A stretch of 64,000 nt of DNA. Source: Octopus vulgaris. Its lineage: Eukaryota. This document shows, in pieces, positions 13,986-27,149 of this stretch; position 1 is the stretch's first letter, and each line of letters begins with the position of its first letter. The notes beneath the pieces were generated by a model. That model was not told the origin of the DNA and did no database searches. It was given only the letters and a program-made list of their open reading frames with translations. The translations under genes were made by a program, and so were the position numbers. The stretch lies in contig OX597823.1 of assembly GCA_951406725.2 (NCBI GenBank), positions 90,334,001 to 90,398,000 of the forward strand, in the 5' to 3' direction.

Positions 13986-14513
13986 TTCATTTATTGTTTT
14001 TGCAAATACTGAATATATTTATTTTATATATATTTTTGACTTGGACTGTATTGGTAGACTTGGATGTTTGACATCCCTTCGAAAGATTTCAGTCCCCACC
14101 ACCTTTATATATATATATATATATATATATATCTGTGTGTGTGTCTTTGTGTCTGTGTTTGTCCCCCATCACTTCTTGACAACCGGTGTTGGTGTGTTTA
14201 CATTCCTGTAATTTAGTGGTTTAGCAAAAGAGACCGACGGTACCAGGCTTTAAAGAAAAAAGGCATAGGGTTGATTCATTCAACTAAAATCCTTCGAGGT
14301 GGTACTCCAGCATGGCCGCAGTCTAATGAGTGAAACAAGCCAAAGATAAAAGACCATCATCATTTTAATGTCTGCTTTTCCAAGCTTGCATGGGTTGGTT
14401 GATAGCATCCTGGGGCAGAGCTTTTATACAGCCGGATGCTCTTCCTGTCACCAACACTAACTTGTTTCCAAAATAATAATCTCTATGTCTATCAAACAAC
14501 AAATAACCCTGAG

Positions 14514-15267
14514 ATGTTTTCAGGAGAATGACTGGAAACACATGACACCGTATGAATGAACCTTTTGTTTACAACTAGCAAGCACATGCGAAGACAAGGG
14601 GCTAGATGAGCTCACACACACACATTGACACATACACACACACACACATACATATGTAGCTTTCCCTGGCACCTGTGCCGGTGGCACGTAAAAAGCACCC
14701 ACTACACTCACAGAGTGGTTGGCGTTAGGAAGAGCATCCAGCTGTAGAAACACTATCAGATCAGACTGGGCCCTAGTGCAGCTTCCTGGATTCCCAGACC
14801 CCGGTCGAACTGTCCAACCCGTGCTAGCATGGAAAACGGACGTTAAACGATAATGATGATGATGATGATATAAAAATTTAAAAAATCTCTAAAACGTACT
14901 GCTGTCATCGTTTCTAAAAAAAAATACTGAAAAATGGTATGGCACCATTTCTAAAAATAGCTAAGCAACTACTACATCTATCCACAGGAATGTATATAAA
15001 GGACAAAATTTAACCAGTCAACCACTGTTGAAACCAATGAACACAATTGTCACCACCAATGAACCTGAAGACTGCATAAACGCAAGAAAGTATACAAGAA
15101 TTCAATAAGAATGGACATTTAATATTTCATTTCATTTCTTTTTACTATAGTAGTATTTTATATCTTATATTAATATTAGAAGATTATAACCAAAATGTGA
15201 AATACAGAGTTGGAAATCCTTTGAGTAATATATTCTTCTATACACAATCATACAAACCCCTTTGTGC

Positions 15268-15307
<40 letters not shown>

Positions 15308-15620
15308 TGTTTTCAGGAGAATGACTGGAAACACATGACACCGCGTGAATGAGCCTTTTGTTTACAACTAGCAAACACATGTGAAGACAAGGGGCTAGAT
15401 GAGCTCACACACACATTGACACATACACACACACACACATATGTAGCCTCCCCTGGCACCTGTGCCAATGGCACGTAAAAAGCACCTACTACACTCATGG
15501 AGTGGTTGGCGTTAGGAAAGGCATCCAGCTGTAGAAACACTACCAGATCAGACTGGGCCCTAGTGCAGCCTCCTGGCTTCCCAGACCCCGGTCGAACCGT
15601 CCAACCTGTGCTAGCATGGA
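14514..15620 (+). repeat. Local direct duplication of about 315 bp (14514-14832 and 15308-15620)
   Basis: Both copies start tgttttcaggagaatgactggaaacacatgacaccg and share the same CA tract and family-D junction. Confidence 0.9.
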
Positions 15621-16039
15621 ATACAGATAGGGGTTATGCGTATAACCCACTATGGGATATCATTTATCCAATATACAGCTGGTAAAGTACCCAAATTCTT
15701 AATACATAAATGTTTTTATTGCAATGCAATTAATTCATTTATTGTATTAAACGGGTGAAGGTAAAGAAATATTTTTACTGTAAATTTATAATACAAATGA
15801 AACAACTGTATGAAGTAATTTTAGGATTTAAAATCTGTATTTGTATTATTATCTTATCTATTGATTTATATAATATTTTTGTGTGCTTTTGATGTTCTCA
15901 TTTTGTTAAATGAATAAATAATCCAACATTATAATATCCGTAAGTTGATGAACAAACCAAATTTGTATCTCCATTTTTATTATTTGTAATATATATATAT
16001 ATTACTTGAAGCCTTTGACGAAAAAGGAGGGGATATAGC

Positions 16040-16385
16040 ATCACATGATGTGGAAGACAACTGAGGACATGTGTAAGCTTGCAAAGAACAAAGCCAATAT
16101 GCTCCACTGTATGTGTAATGTCAGTGTGCATACTCGACAGAGTGTAAGTGCCTTGAGAAAAGTTGGACCTATGAAGCATCAGATGCGTTGTGCAAGAGAG
16201 ACGACTGTGCTGGTATGGTCATGTGGTGAGAATGGATGAGGATAGCTGTGTGAAAAAGTGTCACACTCAAGCGGTTGAGGGAACCTGTGGAAGAGGTAGA
16301 CCCAGGAAGACCTGAGAAGAGGTGGTAAAGCATGACCTTCGAACATTAGTCTTCACCAAGGAAATGACTAGTGATCGAGACCTTT
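16040..16385 (+). mobile_element. RTE-clade LINE ORF C-terminal fragment
   Basis: With one frameshift it translates as MLHCMCNVS...VQERRLCWYGHVVRMDEDSCVKK...VEGTCGRGRPRKT*EEVVKHDL, matching the RTE RL.W.GHV.R / G.R.RGRP...W motifs. Confidence 0.88.
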
Positions 16386-16749
16386 CCTTCATTGGACACT
16401 AAACCCTGCTTGAAACTGAAATAAAATTCGATGACTGGTATCCATGCCAGTGGAGCGCTAAGAGCACCATCCAAGTGTGATCGTTGCCAGGGCCGCTGGC
16501 AATGATCATGCTTCTCATTATGGAAGGCTGCAAGCTGGCAGAATTGTTAGCATGCTGGGCAAAATGCTTAGTGGTATTTCGTCTGCCACTAAGTTCTGAG
16601 TTCAAATTCCGCTGAGGTCGACTTTGCTTTTCACCCTTTTGGGGTTGATGAAATAAGTACAAGTTATGCACTGGGGTCAATAAAATTGACTAGCCCCCTT
16701 CTCCAAAAATTTTCAAGGCATTGTGCCTAGATTAGAAATAATAATAATT

Positions 16750-17118
16750 ATTGTATGAGAGTTCACAGCTTATTTTGCTGGCTATGATGGAAAGCATCAG
16801 CTGTCCATAGCCAGCAGACTAAGGTGACACTTGTCTACTGGCCATGCTTCAAGAACACTGCAAAGAATTCTTGCATCTCCAAGCAATTCTGATTTTTGTA
16901 GCTGTTCTACTTTCACTCTTGCACTGATCTCTTTCAGCCATGTTGGTAGTTGAGTGCTGATACTTCCAAGTGCACCAATTACTATTGGTATCATGTCTAC
17001 TCTCTTCATGAACCCCAACTTTCGTATATTCCCCACTTTAAATCGTCATAGTTGATTATTTTTTCTTCTTCTTTCACATTGATCCTGTTGTCACCAGGGC
17101 ATGCTATGTCGATTATCA

Positions 17119-17120
<2 letters not shown>
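16750..17120 (-). mobile_element. R4/Dong-type (RLE) non-LTR retrotransposon 3' fragment
   Basis: MIIDIACPGDNRINVKEEEKI...IPIVIGALG...LQKSELLGDARIL; begins next to an (AAT)n tract on its sense strand. Confidence 0.85.
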
Positions 17121-17149
<29 letters not shown>

Positions 17150-17332
17150 TGGCAGAAGTTACAAAATGACTCATGAGCTGAGAGTTTCATGCATTAGCAA
17201 TTATCAAACTGGTTTCAACTCATAGGGATAACATTTATAAAACTATCACAATTATTTGGAACCATTTGATAAGTGCTAATACATGAAACTCCTGGCACTT
17301 GAGTACACTGTAACTTCTGCCAGTTCTTCATA

Positions 17333-17379
<47 letters not shown>

Positions 17380-17585
17380 TACACACTCAAGTTTTGAGTT
17401 CTATTTTCCTGTTTGCATCACCAAACTGCATCTGTGTGTGTGTGTATATATATATTCACACACACACTTAGATACAACAGTGTGTATATATATATATGTG
17501 CTTGTGTGCGCGTGGGTGTATGTGATCAGCTCTCCTTGTCTCAATATACATACACATGCGTCTACCATTACTGTACATAAGTATC

Positions 17586-17625
<40 letters not shown>

Positions 17626-18289
17626 CAAAATCCTTCGACTCTTAACAGTGGTTTCGCTGTCAGTCAACCCACCCACCTACCCTACACCTCAACTGCATCA
17701 TTAATGATAAGTGTTGTCAGCCAGTATTTTCATTAATTATGCAAAATATCTTCAGATCACTTAATGCTTTTTAATGCATTTGTCATAATTCCTAATGTGA
17801 ACTATATCATACCTGCTGTTTAGGGGCAACAGGAAGGTTTAGAAACCACCAACATTATTATTATTATTATCATCATCATTATTATTGTTGTTGTTGTTGT
17901 TGTTAGAGTGGGAAGGGGCCATTAATGGTTTGGTCTAGTTTATTTAGTATTTCTGTTTTGTGTCATCATCATCATATACATATGAGTGTGTGTGTGTGTG
18001 CGTATGTATGAATGTGTGTGTGTGTGTATAAATGTATATGAGTATGTGTGTATGTATGTGTGTGCATATGTGTGCGTGAGTGTGCATATGTATATGTATG
18101 TGTATGTGTGTGAGTGTATGTATATGTACGTGTATATGTGTGTGTATGTGTGTCTCTATATGTGTGTGTATGCGTCTATATATGCATGTGTGCACGTGTG
18201 TGTGTGTGTGTGTGTGTGGATGTGTGTACATATTCTGTTGTCTGGTGCCTTTTGTCTGGGAATAAAGCTTTACAGTTATCTTCAATATG

Positions 18290-18556
18290 TCCTTATTCAC
18301 CATCATCAATCATCCCCCCACCATCATTACCCCCACCATCATCACAACTGCTGCTATGATCCCCACCCCCTGCCTGCACCAGCTTCATTATCTTCATGCT
18401 TATTCCCTCCATCATCACAACTGCCACCATCACTTTTATCATCATCCCCTCCCCATATCATCCTCATCTCCACCACCGCTACCACCACCACCACCACCAC
18501 CGCTACCACCACCACCACCACCACCGCCGCCAACGCCGCCACCACCACCACCATCA
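18290..18556. repeat. (CAC/CAT)n low-complexity tract
   Basis: Direct inspection; it produces the poly-T/P/H pseudo-ORFs in the ORF track. Confidence 0.9.
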
Positions 18557-18729
18557 TGAAAGAGCATCCATCAGAAAAAGGTTTCAGTAATATTCATCCA
18601 ACTCATGCAAGCATGGAAAAACAGATGTAAAATTGAAGAATGAATAAGCATGTGCTTGTGTGTGCATGTGTGTGGGTATGCCTGCTAATGTATGTACATG
18701 TGTGTGTGTAAGTTAGAATTGGCTTTAAA

Positions 18730-18950
18730 TTACCATGTAAAAAGCACCTGTGCTGGCACCACATAAAAGGCTTCCAGCTGGTGCCACATAAAAAGTTCCT
18801 CTGCTGGTAGCATATAAAAAGCACCAGTGCTGGCCTCCCCATATTAAGCACTAGTGCTGGTGCCATGTAGGAACCTCTTGTGCCAGTGCCACATAAAAAG
18901 CACTTGTGCTGGTGCCACATAAAAAACACTGGTGTCACATAAAAAAAACC
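18730..18950 (+). repeat. About 25-bp minisatellite (gtgctggtgccacataaaaagcac-like, roughly 9 units) upstream of a family-D tail
   Basis: Degenerate tandem units without unique spacers. Confidence 0.8.
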
Positions 18951-19542
18951 CAAAACACTGTTAAAGTGGTTGGCATTAGGAGGGGCATCCAGCCATAGAA
19001 ACCATGCCAAAACAGACAATGGAACCTCATGTGGCTCCAGGCTGCCAAACTGTCCAACCGATACCAGCATGGAAAACAGACTTTAAATGTTGATGATGAT
19101 GAGGATGATGATGACGATAATGGATTAATAAAGATTAGTGTCATACGCGCACAAGAACTACTTGCATGACACCAAATTTTCACAAATTTTGCCAAAGCCT
19201 TTCCAGATTCTTCTCCAGCCTAACACAAGAACACATTACCCTCCACCTCGTTCTCTACTTTCTTCCTGTTTCTTTCTTTCTTTTTTCTATTTCTTTGTCT
19301 TTTGTTGTTCTTTTTCCTTCTCTTGTATCTTTTACTTGTCTCATTCACTGGACTACGGTCATTTAGTTGAATGAGTTGACGCTAGTGCTTATTTTTGATT
19401 TTAAGCAAGGTACTTATTTTGTTGGTCTATTTTGCTGAACTGCCAAGTTACAGGGACGTAAACAAACCAGCACCAGTTGTGAAGTGGTGATGGGGAACAA
19501 ACACATACACAAACACACATACATGCATATATATATTTATAT

Positions 19543-19575
<33 letters not shown>

Positions 19576-19997
19576 CAGGTGTACACACACACACACACAT
19601 CCACATGTCAAAGTCACCAGCCCCACCCACACACATACACACACGCATGTGCACCTTCATTTTGGGATCAACATTACTTTATTATCTCCCCTTCTTCCTA
19701 GATCTCCTGTCCATCTACCTTTCTCCAACCAGTTGCCATGATTGACCGCTAAATCCACAAGTTTCTTTACTCTCTCTGTTCATTTCCTTGTTTTTCTTTC
19801 TGTTGAAGAGCATAGGCTTGAAATGTAAAAGACTTTTCTCACCTTCCTGAACATCAAACTAATACACCTTCTTGTTCTTTATACACCTAACTTTGTTTTT
19901 TGCTTTTCTGTAAATTTCAACTACACACACACACACAAAATGGGCTTCTTTTAATTTCCGTCTACCAAATCCACTCACAAAGCTTTGGTTTGCTTAA

Positions 19998-20218
19998 CCC
20001 TTTAGTGTTCAGATTACTCTATTAAATGTAATATCTTTTTTACTCAAATTGTTTTTAATTAATCATGCATTATCTTATAGCTTTGAGGTTTCAATGACGT
20101 GATTGTTTATTTTTAGAATGTCAATGTAGGTTAGGTGTGAGAGCCCTGATCTGGTCAGTTTAAACATAAAATAAGTAGAAAACTTTGGCCGGATATGGCC
20201 AGTTTAAACACTAAAGGG
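19998..20218. mobile_element. piggyBac-type MITE inserted in a family-A SINE
   Basis: TTAA|CCCTTTAGTGTT ... AACACTAAAGGG|TTAA: 12-bp perfect TIR, with TTAA TSD at 19994-19997 and 20219-20222. Confidence 0.93.
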
Positions 20219-20665
20219 TTAAGGCTATACTAGAAGACATCTACCCGAGGTGCCATGCTGTGGGGCTGAACCCAGAACCATGTGGTTGGGAAGCAAACTT
20301 TTTACTACACAGCCACGCCTGGACCTTAATTATTATTATTATTATTTTAATTATTACTGTTGTTGTTGTTGTTATTCTCCACCACACAGACCTTTTACTT
20401 TCGGGTTGTATATAATTATACCTCAGCTCCTGCATGCAGTTCAGTGGCATAAGACCTTCCTCAGCACATGAGCCTTTCCAAGCACTGCAGCCATTTGTGT
20501 ACTCCCTAATATCTCAGGTATGGCAGAGATCTCAGGTATTGCATCCAGATTCTTTGAAATTGTTCCAAGTGTGCACTGATAAGAAAGAGGACAATTTTGA
20601 ATGTATTTTCTGTACCTGGCTTGCCACATCTTGGTATTTGCCTACTTTTACTCTATTAGTAAAGT

Positions 20666-20831
20666 AGGAGTGGCTGTGAGGTAAGTAGCTTGCTTACGAA
20701 CCACATGGTTCTGGGTTCAGTCCCACTGCATGGCAACTTGGGCAAGTGTCTTCTACTATAGCCTTGGGCTGACCAAAGCCTTGTGAGTGGATTTGGTAGA
20801 CAGAAACTGAAAGAAGCCCATCGTATATATG

Positions 20832-20864
<33 letters not shown>

Positions 20865-21080
20865 TTATATGTTTGCGTGTCTGTGTTTGTCCACCCAACA
20901 TCACTTGACAACTGATTCTGGTGTGTTTCCATCCCAATAACTTAGCAGTTCAGCAAAAGAGACTGATATAATAAGTACTAGGCTTACAAAGAATAGGTCC
21001 TGGGGTTGATTTGCTCGACTAAAGGTGGTGCTCCAGCATGGCCACAGTCAAATGACTGAAACAAGTAAAAGAGTAAGAGA
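20666..21080 (+). mobile_element. SINE family A, full-length copy
   Basis: tRNA-like head (tggctgtg.ggtaag ... ggttcagtccc), CORE-like cttgggcaagtg block, internal TA/TG tract, and tail ending gtaaaagagtaag. Confidence 0.9.
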
Positions 21081-21094
21081 GTAGTGATATATAA

Positions 21095-21133
<39 letters not shown>

Positions 21134-21138
21134 GTTAT

Positions 21139-21345
21139 TGAGTGAGAGAGCAGCACATGCCATCAAAGTGACATTGGGTGCAAATTAATGAAACTCAATT
21201 TACCCATTATGATAACCCGTATGATAAGGGTACACCAGGCAATATGCATCACAACCATATGTGCGCAACATGGTGATCTCATATCAAGATAAACTGTGCA
21301 TGACCTTGCAGGCGAGGCCCAGTTAGAATTTTCTTCAGGTCTTGT
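21139..21345 (-). mobile_element. Non-coding repeat inserted in (AAT)n, probably the 3' UTR of a TAA-targeting LINE
   Basis: A homologous copy at 56616-56782 is also bounded by (ATT)n in the same orientation. Confidence 0.6.
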
Positions 21346-21377
21346 AGTACCGAAATTGATACTGTGAGAATTATAAA

Positions 21378-21413
<36 letters not shown>

Positions 21414-21727
21414 TGTAGTTCATCCTGTTTAAGGATGTTGAACAAAACACCCATGTTTACAGAGTGAATTATTTAATCCCCAAAGAATTCCTCTCAACAC
21501 ATGGCTATGATGCTTTCCTACCACTCCTGCTTGTGATCAGAAATGCACTTATCTTTCATTAAGGGACATGTTCAACAGATTAAGGTCAAACAACTGACAA
21601 GCAAATCTGTGATATTGAGCTGGATATTTACTGTAGCCCATCTTTTACACCAAGACAAAACGATGTACATGATAACACATCCAATCAGTTAAGATCAGAA
21701 GCCGGGGCATTTATTATTATTATTATT

Positions 21728-22270
21728 CTATGTTTGCCTTTTGCTTGCATTTGTACAAGTTGGCTCCAAGTCTCTCTTAGAGACCTCAAGAGACAAGTTG
21801 GAAGTTCATGTTGGTGTTATGCCTTGGGTGCCATACATTTGATTTTGTACATAGTGTTGTTCTAGAGAATGTTTAAGAAACCATAAGAAAATTATGTGTT
21901 TGTTTTAACAATTTGAAATTACATAGACAGTATTTTACATAGGATATAGGCAGTTCCCATGAGCACTATCTTTTGAATTTCTGGCATTTTGGGGTTTCCT
22001 GGTATCTGAGCTAGGTAGCAATCAGCCCCTTTTGCTATCATTTCCAGGGCACCTATGACAACAGGTATTGTTTTAGTCTTCAGGTTCCACATTCTGCTGA
22101 TTTCTATTTCAAGATCTTTATATTTGCTCAGTTTCTGGTAGGTCTTGACAGATACGTTTATATCAATTGGGACAGTCATATCAAGGAGGAGGCATGATGT
22201 CTGGCCTATTTGCATCTATCTTTCTGTCACTTTGAATGGTGAAGTTCCAGAGGTGTGAGATGTGATTATT
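21728..22270 (-). mobile_element. R4/Dong-type LINE 3' fragment
   Basis: LWNFTIQSDRKIDANRPDI / CLLLDMTVPID...KLSKYKDLEIEISRMW...VVIGAL...IQKIVLMGTAYIL plus 3' UTR; flanked by (ATT)n. Same family as 56348-56583. Confidence 0.9.
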
Positions 22271-22335
22271 TTCCAGCACTTATCATCATCATCATTCTTC
22301 TTCTTCTTCTTCTTCTTATTATTATTATTAGTATT

Positions 22336-22368
<33 letters not shown>

Positions 22369-22499
22369 TTTATAATTCTCACAGTATCAATTTTGGTACT
22401 TTGGTAGAATTTGAACTCAGAATATAAAGTGGATGCTGCAAAGATTTTGTTCAATATTATAATAATTTTGTCTTTCGAGATATTGATATTTTGTTGATG

Positions 22500-23235
22500 G
22501 GAATAGAAGGGAACGAGAAGGAGAAGAATAAGAAAGAAGAATATGTGAGAAGAAAGACAAAAGAAGAAAGAAGGAAAGCAAATAAGAAGGAAAAAATGCA
22601 AAAATGAAAGAATGTGCAGAGGAATAGAAGACGAGAAAGGAAGAAGAAAGGGAAAAGGGAATAAGTAAGGAGACAAGGAAGATGAAGAAGTAGGAAAAAG
22701 AAAAAAACTGAATGAAGACATAACTGAATGAAATGAAATTTCATTCAATTATATTTTTTAGGCGAAAAAAAAAGAGAAAAAAGAGAAGGAAGAAGAATAT
22801 GAAAGGAGAGAAGTTAAAAGGAAAAAGTAAGAAAGGGGATATAGCAATGAAATGAAAAAGAAAAAGAAAAGAAAGAAATAACAAGAGAGAAGGAAGAAGA
22901 AAAAGGGAAGAGAAAAGAAAAAAGGAAGAACTGAGGAAATTAGAAAAGAAGAAAAAGAGAAAAATAAGTAAGAAAGAAAAAGAGAAAGAAGAGAAACTGA
23001 GGAAATTAGAAGAAAAGAGTAAGAGAAGAAGGAAAAGAAGAAGAAGAAGCAAGAAGGAGAAGAAGAACTAAAGAAAGAAAAGGAGAGAATAGAATAAATT
23101 AGAAGAAAAATAATTTGGAAATGAAGACTAAGAAGAGAGAATGAACAAGAAACAGAATAAGATGAAGGAAACAACCAACAGATGACAAAGAAGAAGGAGA
23201 AAAAGGAAAGAAAGAAAGAAAGAAAAAAGGCAAGT
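22500..23235. repeat. Long GA-rich polypurine low-complexity tract
   Basis: About 730 bp of almost pure A/G on the + strand. Confidence 0.9.
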
Positions 23236-23783
23236 GCTTTGTGTTGCTGTGTTTGGTTGAGGAAGAAGAATATGGAAGTGTTTCGGTGGAGTTTGCTAAA
23301 TTTTAGGTGTTGCATGAATAGTTAGAGAGTACGTGCAGAGTGATACTAATCCATATTGGTCTCACATGATACGGTAAATGTACTAATTCTTCACTAGTTG
23401 CACCACTTTTCATTGGAAACCTATATTCTGTTGCATGTGTGCAGACATGCATAAATGAGAAAATATAATGACATGCTGTTGCACACATACACACAGACAG
23501 CCAGACTTGTGTGTGTGTGTGTGTGAGCATATATATACACACACACACATAAGGTACATGCCTATATATATGTGGGTCATGAAATATAGGCTGGGAACTC
23601 TAAAAGAAAAATGTGTGTGTGTGTATGTGTGTGTGTATATAAGCATGCTACCAGTGTGCTTTCTGTATGCATAGCTGCATACAAAGCAGGTGTTTAGATA
23701 TATAGAGCTCTACTGCAAAGATGCGTACACAGAAATACTCATACAAACACACACCATGTGTTTGTATACATATATATATATGG

Positions 23784-23821
<38 letters not shown>

Positions 23822-23948
23822 GGACATATGCTAGCACTCCCTTAAAGAAACTGTTTATGTATATACATACATGCATATATATATATATATATATATATGG
23901 ACATATGCTAGCACTCCCTTAAAGAAACTGTTTATGTATATACATACA

Positions 23949-23994
<46 letters not shown>

Positions 23995-24207
23995 TATATA
24001 GATACACACGCACAGTTACACAGACATATATACATACATACGTGTGTGTGTGTGTATATATATATTTATATATAAATACATATACATACATATATATATA
24101 TACATATATACACACATATATTTATATATACACACAGACATATATATATATATGTATATATATATATCACCATTTAACATCTGTTTTCCATGCCTATCTC
24201 TCTCTCC

Positions 24208-24258
<51 letters not shown>

Positions 24259-24894
24259 CACACAAATAAAAGTAGATAGATATAGATAAGCATAAGCATA
24301 AATATGTGTATGTATATATCTGTTGTGTATATATGTACGTAAGTATATGTGTGTATATATGCATGTGTATATGTTTGTGTGTGTGAGTATGCATGTGTAT
24401 ATATACACGTGTGTTTATGTGCATGTGTAAAAACATCATCATCAACATTTAATGTCCCAATACCAAACTGACAAAGGCTTGGCAGGATTTGACAGGTCCA
24501 GGGACCACATCCTGCTCCAATATCAGCTTTGACATGGTTTCTAAAGCTGGTTGTCCTTCCTAATGCCAACCACCTTACAGATTGTACTGGGTGTTTTTTT
24601 TTTTCACATGCTCCTCTCCACCCCAGCACTTGTGGGGTCACCATGCCACTTGCAAGACTATGCACCTCAAGAGAAGTGGCTTCCTGTCAGAAAATGAGGT
24701 GCTGAAGTATGAGAGAGAGGGCCAGAGCAGAACAGGTTTCTTGCAGTAGAGGTGGTCACATAGGTAATCACTCACATTGTAGAAGAGGTAGTGAGAGCGA
24801 CCAGGATGGAGTATATATGTAAATATATGTAAAACCTATGTTTATACATACACATGTTTACATACATGCATACATATGTATATATATGTATATA

Positions 24895-24950
<56 letters not shown>

Positions 24951-24974
24951 ATATACATACTTTTATACACATGG

Positions 24975-25150
24975 GGAGGAATTTCAACCATGTTTCGTGG
25001 TCTGCTACCACAACAGCTCCTTTATAGGATCCAGTTGGCTCAAGACATCATCAGGAGGAACCATGGCTGGTTTTGGCCCCTACTCCTCTACCGTTTCAAC
25101 ATGGTGCCCCTCCCCTTTTGGAGGTGTCTTCAGCTCTGGTGTTGAGTGTA
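24975..25150 (-). ncRNA. Candidate tandem pair of hammerhead-like cores
   Basis: Minus strand order: CTGAAGA (25133-25127), GAAAC (25097-25093), CTGATGA (25054-25048), GAAAC (24996-24992). gagga after the first GAAACGGTA can pair with tcctc before CTGATGA. Confidence 0.4.
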
Positions 25151-25495
25151 TGTCTTCTTTCTCCTTCTCATACATATATATATATATTTATATACACATG
25201 TATATATCTATGTAAATACATTTACACAAACATACACATAGTCCAGGACATTCCAACACATGCCATGATAGAAACAGCAGATGTAAAAATGATGTATTCT
25301 CCATCTATATGGCTGCCACCACTCTACAGAGAGCACTTATTCACCCCGACCTCCACACCCCACTACCACCAGAACACATATATACTCACATATATACGCA
25401 TGCATGCATACATACATACATACATATATATATAAACATATACATAAATGTGTATATTACAGTGCATATATATATGTATGTATATACATATATGT

Positions 25496-25538
<43 letters not shown>

Positions 25539-25881
25539 ATTTGTATGTATATATATGTACAGTATATATATACATATATATATACTTATATGAATACATA
25601 CATTTGTATTTATATATATGTATATATACACATACATAGATGTATATACACACACACACGCATTCATACCTATATGTAAAATTGGTCATGGTAAAAACAA
25701 AGCCGTAACCAAAGCAACAAAGATCGATGATTCGAAATGCCTTCCGGAATTTCTATATTACCATTTCCAACAGGACTGGTGGAACCAATTATGAATGCTA
25801 ATGACAATTGGTGTGTTGGGGTAGCAGAGGGAGAGGGTGAGTTGGTGGGATCGAAGCAGAGGATTGGAACCGGCCAAGCAA

Positions 25882-25914
<33 letters not shown>

Positions 25915-25969
25915 GTCTCTCTCTGTCTCTCTCTCTCTCTGTCTCTCTCTCAACACTGATGTCATTTAA

Positions 25970-26470
25970 TCATCATCATCACCATTGATCACTCTATCTT
26001 TACATGGCTCTGTATTGAGGCTAGTGCCACCAAAACCATCACCCCCCACCATCCCCATGCCATCTCATCATCACTCTAGAATATGTACCTAATCACCCTC
26101 CACTTTCATACCCCTTCCCCCCCATACATACTACTGCAACAACCTCCCTGCCCGACCATGATAAATATCACCTTCACCATTGCCATAACCACCACCACCA
26201 CCACCACCCACCACCACCATCCCTATTATCACCATCATCGCCACCACCATTACCAACATGAGCCCCTACCATCATCATTACTACGATTACCAGAACCACA
26301 AACACCACCAACACCACCGCCACCACCAACACTATAACCACCACCGTCATAATTCCCCACCCCACCATCCACTAATGACCACCTAATTACTTTCCACACA
26401 CCCTCCCCACCGCCACCACTACACCAGCCCTTTAATCCTTCTACCACCATCCACTCCCCATACACACTGT
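25970..26470. repeat. C/A-rich (CCA)n-derived low-complexity tract
   Basis: Direct inspection. Confidence 0.85.
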
Positions 26471-27149
26471 CCATGTTCTCATGTTAACGTTGATGCTTTC
26501 AGATGAGAAGTTAAAGTAACAAGTCTTGGCTTGTTTATAGTATAGCGTGGTGGTGGGTGTCCAAAACAAACTTCAAAAGACAAAAAAATCTTATAGAAAT
26601 ATGCAGGAGTGGCTGTGTGGTAAGAAATTTGCTTTCCAACCACTTAGCCTCAAGCCTCAAGCTGACCAAAGGTAGATGGAAACAAAGATGTCCATCGTGT
26701 ATTTGACTTCCAGCATACTTTGCAAAAGCATGTCTGGTTGTGGGGAAGATATTACATCATTAACTTACTTAGAAACAAGCGAGGGTTAGTGACAGGAAGG
26801 ACATCCAGTTATAGAGAATCTGCCTCAACAAATTGCATCTGACTCATGCAAGCATAGAAAAGTGGATGTTAAAACTGTTGTGATGATGTGCTATATTATC
26901 CACATGCGATTCAATTTTAAGTAGTTAAAATATAATTTGAGGTGGATTTGGTTGCTATTTCTAGGACATCAAAAGGTCCGAAGAGAGAATTCTACTTTAA
27001 ACCAAATCCTTTATTACCAGATCAGTGATATTTCAAAGTATATCAGAGACTTTTTTTCTTTAATCAATTCTTCAATATTTATTTCCTAATTGTAAAAATT
27101 CTTCACATTTCATCCTTAAGTGAAAACCCACAAAAAGGAGATCAATGTC

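Noticed and set aside
15061-15100. CTGAAGA-ctgc..gcaa-GAAA-gtatac hammerhead-like string
   Set aside because: Weak stem II, no stem I partner and a single copy; insufficient support.
17986-18630. 214-aa ORF with His/Thr/Pro runs
   Set aside because: Built from (TG)n and (CAC)n repeats; no domain.
18730-18950. CRISPR-like appearance of about 25-bp palindromic repeats
   Set aside because: Units are head-to-tail and degenerate with no unique spacers and no cas genes, in a eukaryotic context, and are part of repeat family D.
22266-23315. Hydrophobic F/L/S-rich ORFs suggesting membrane proteins
   Set aside because: Antisense reading of a GA-rich low-complexity tract.
23821-23957. Exact duplication of about 60 bp (77-bp period)
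   Set aside because: Bounded by (TA)n; most simply explained by slippage or assembly.
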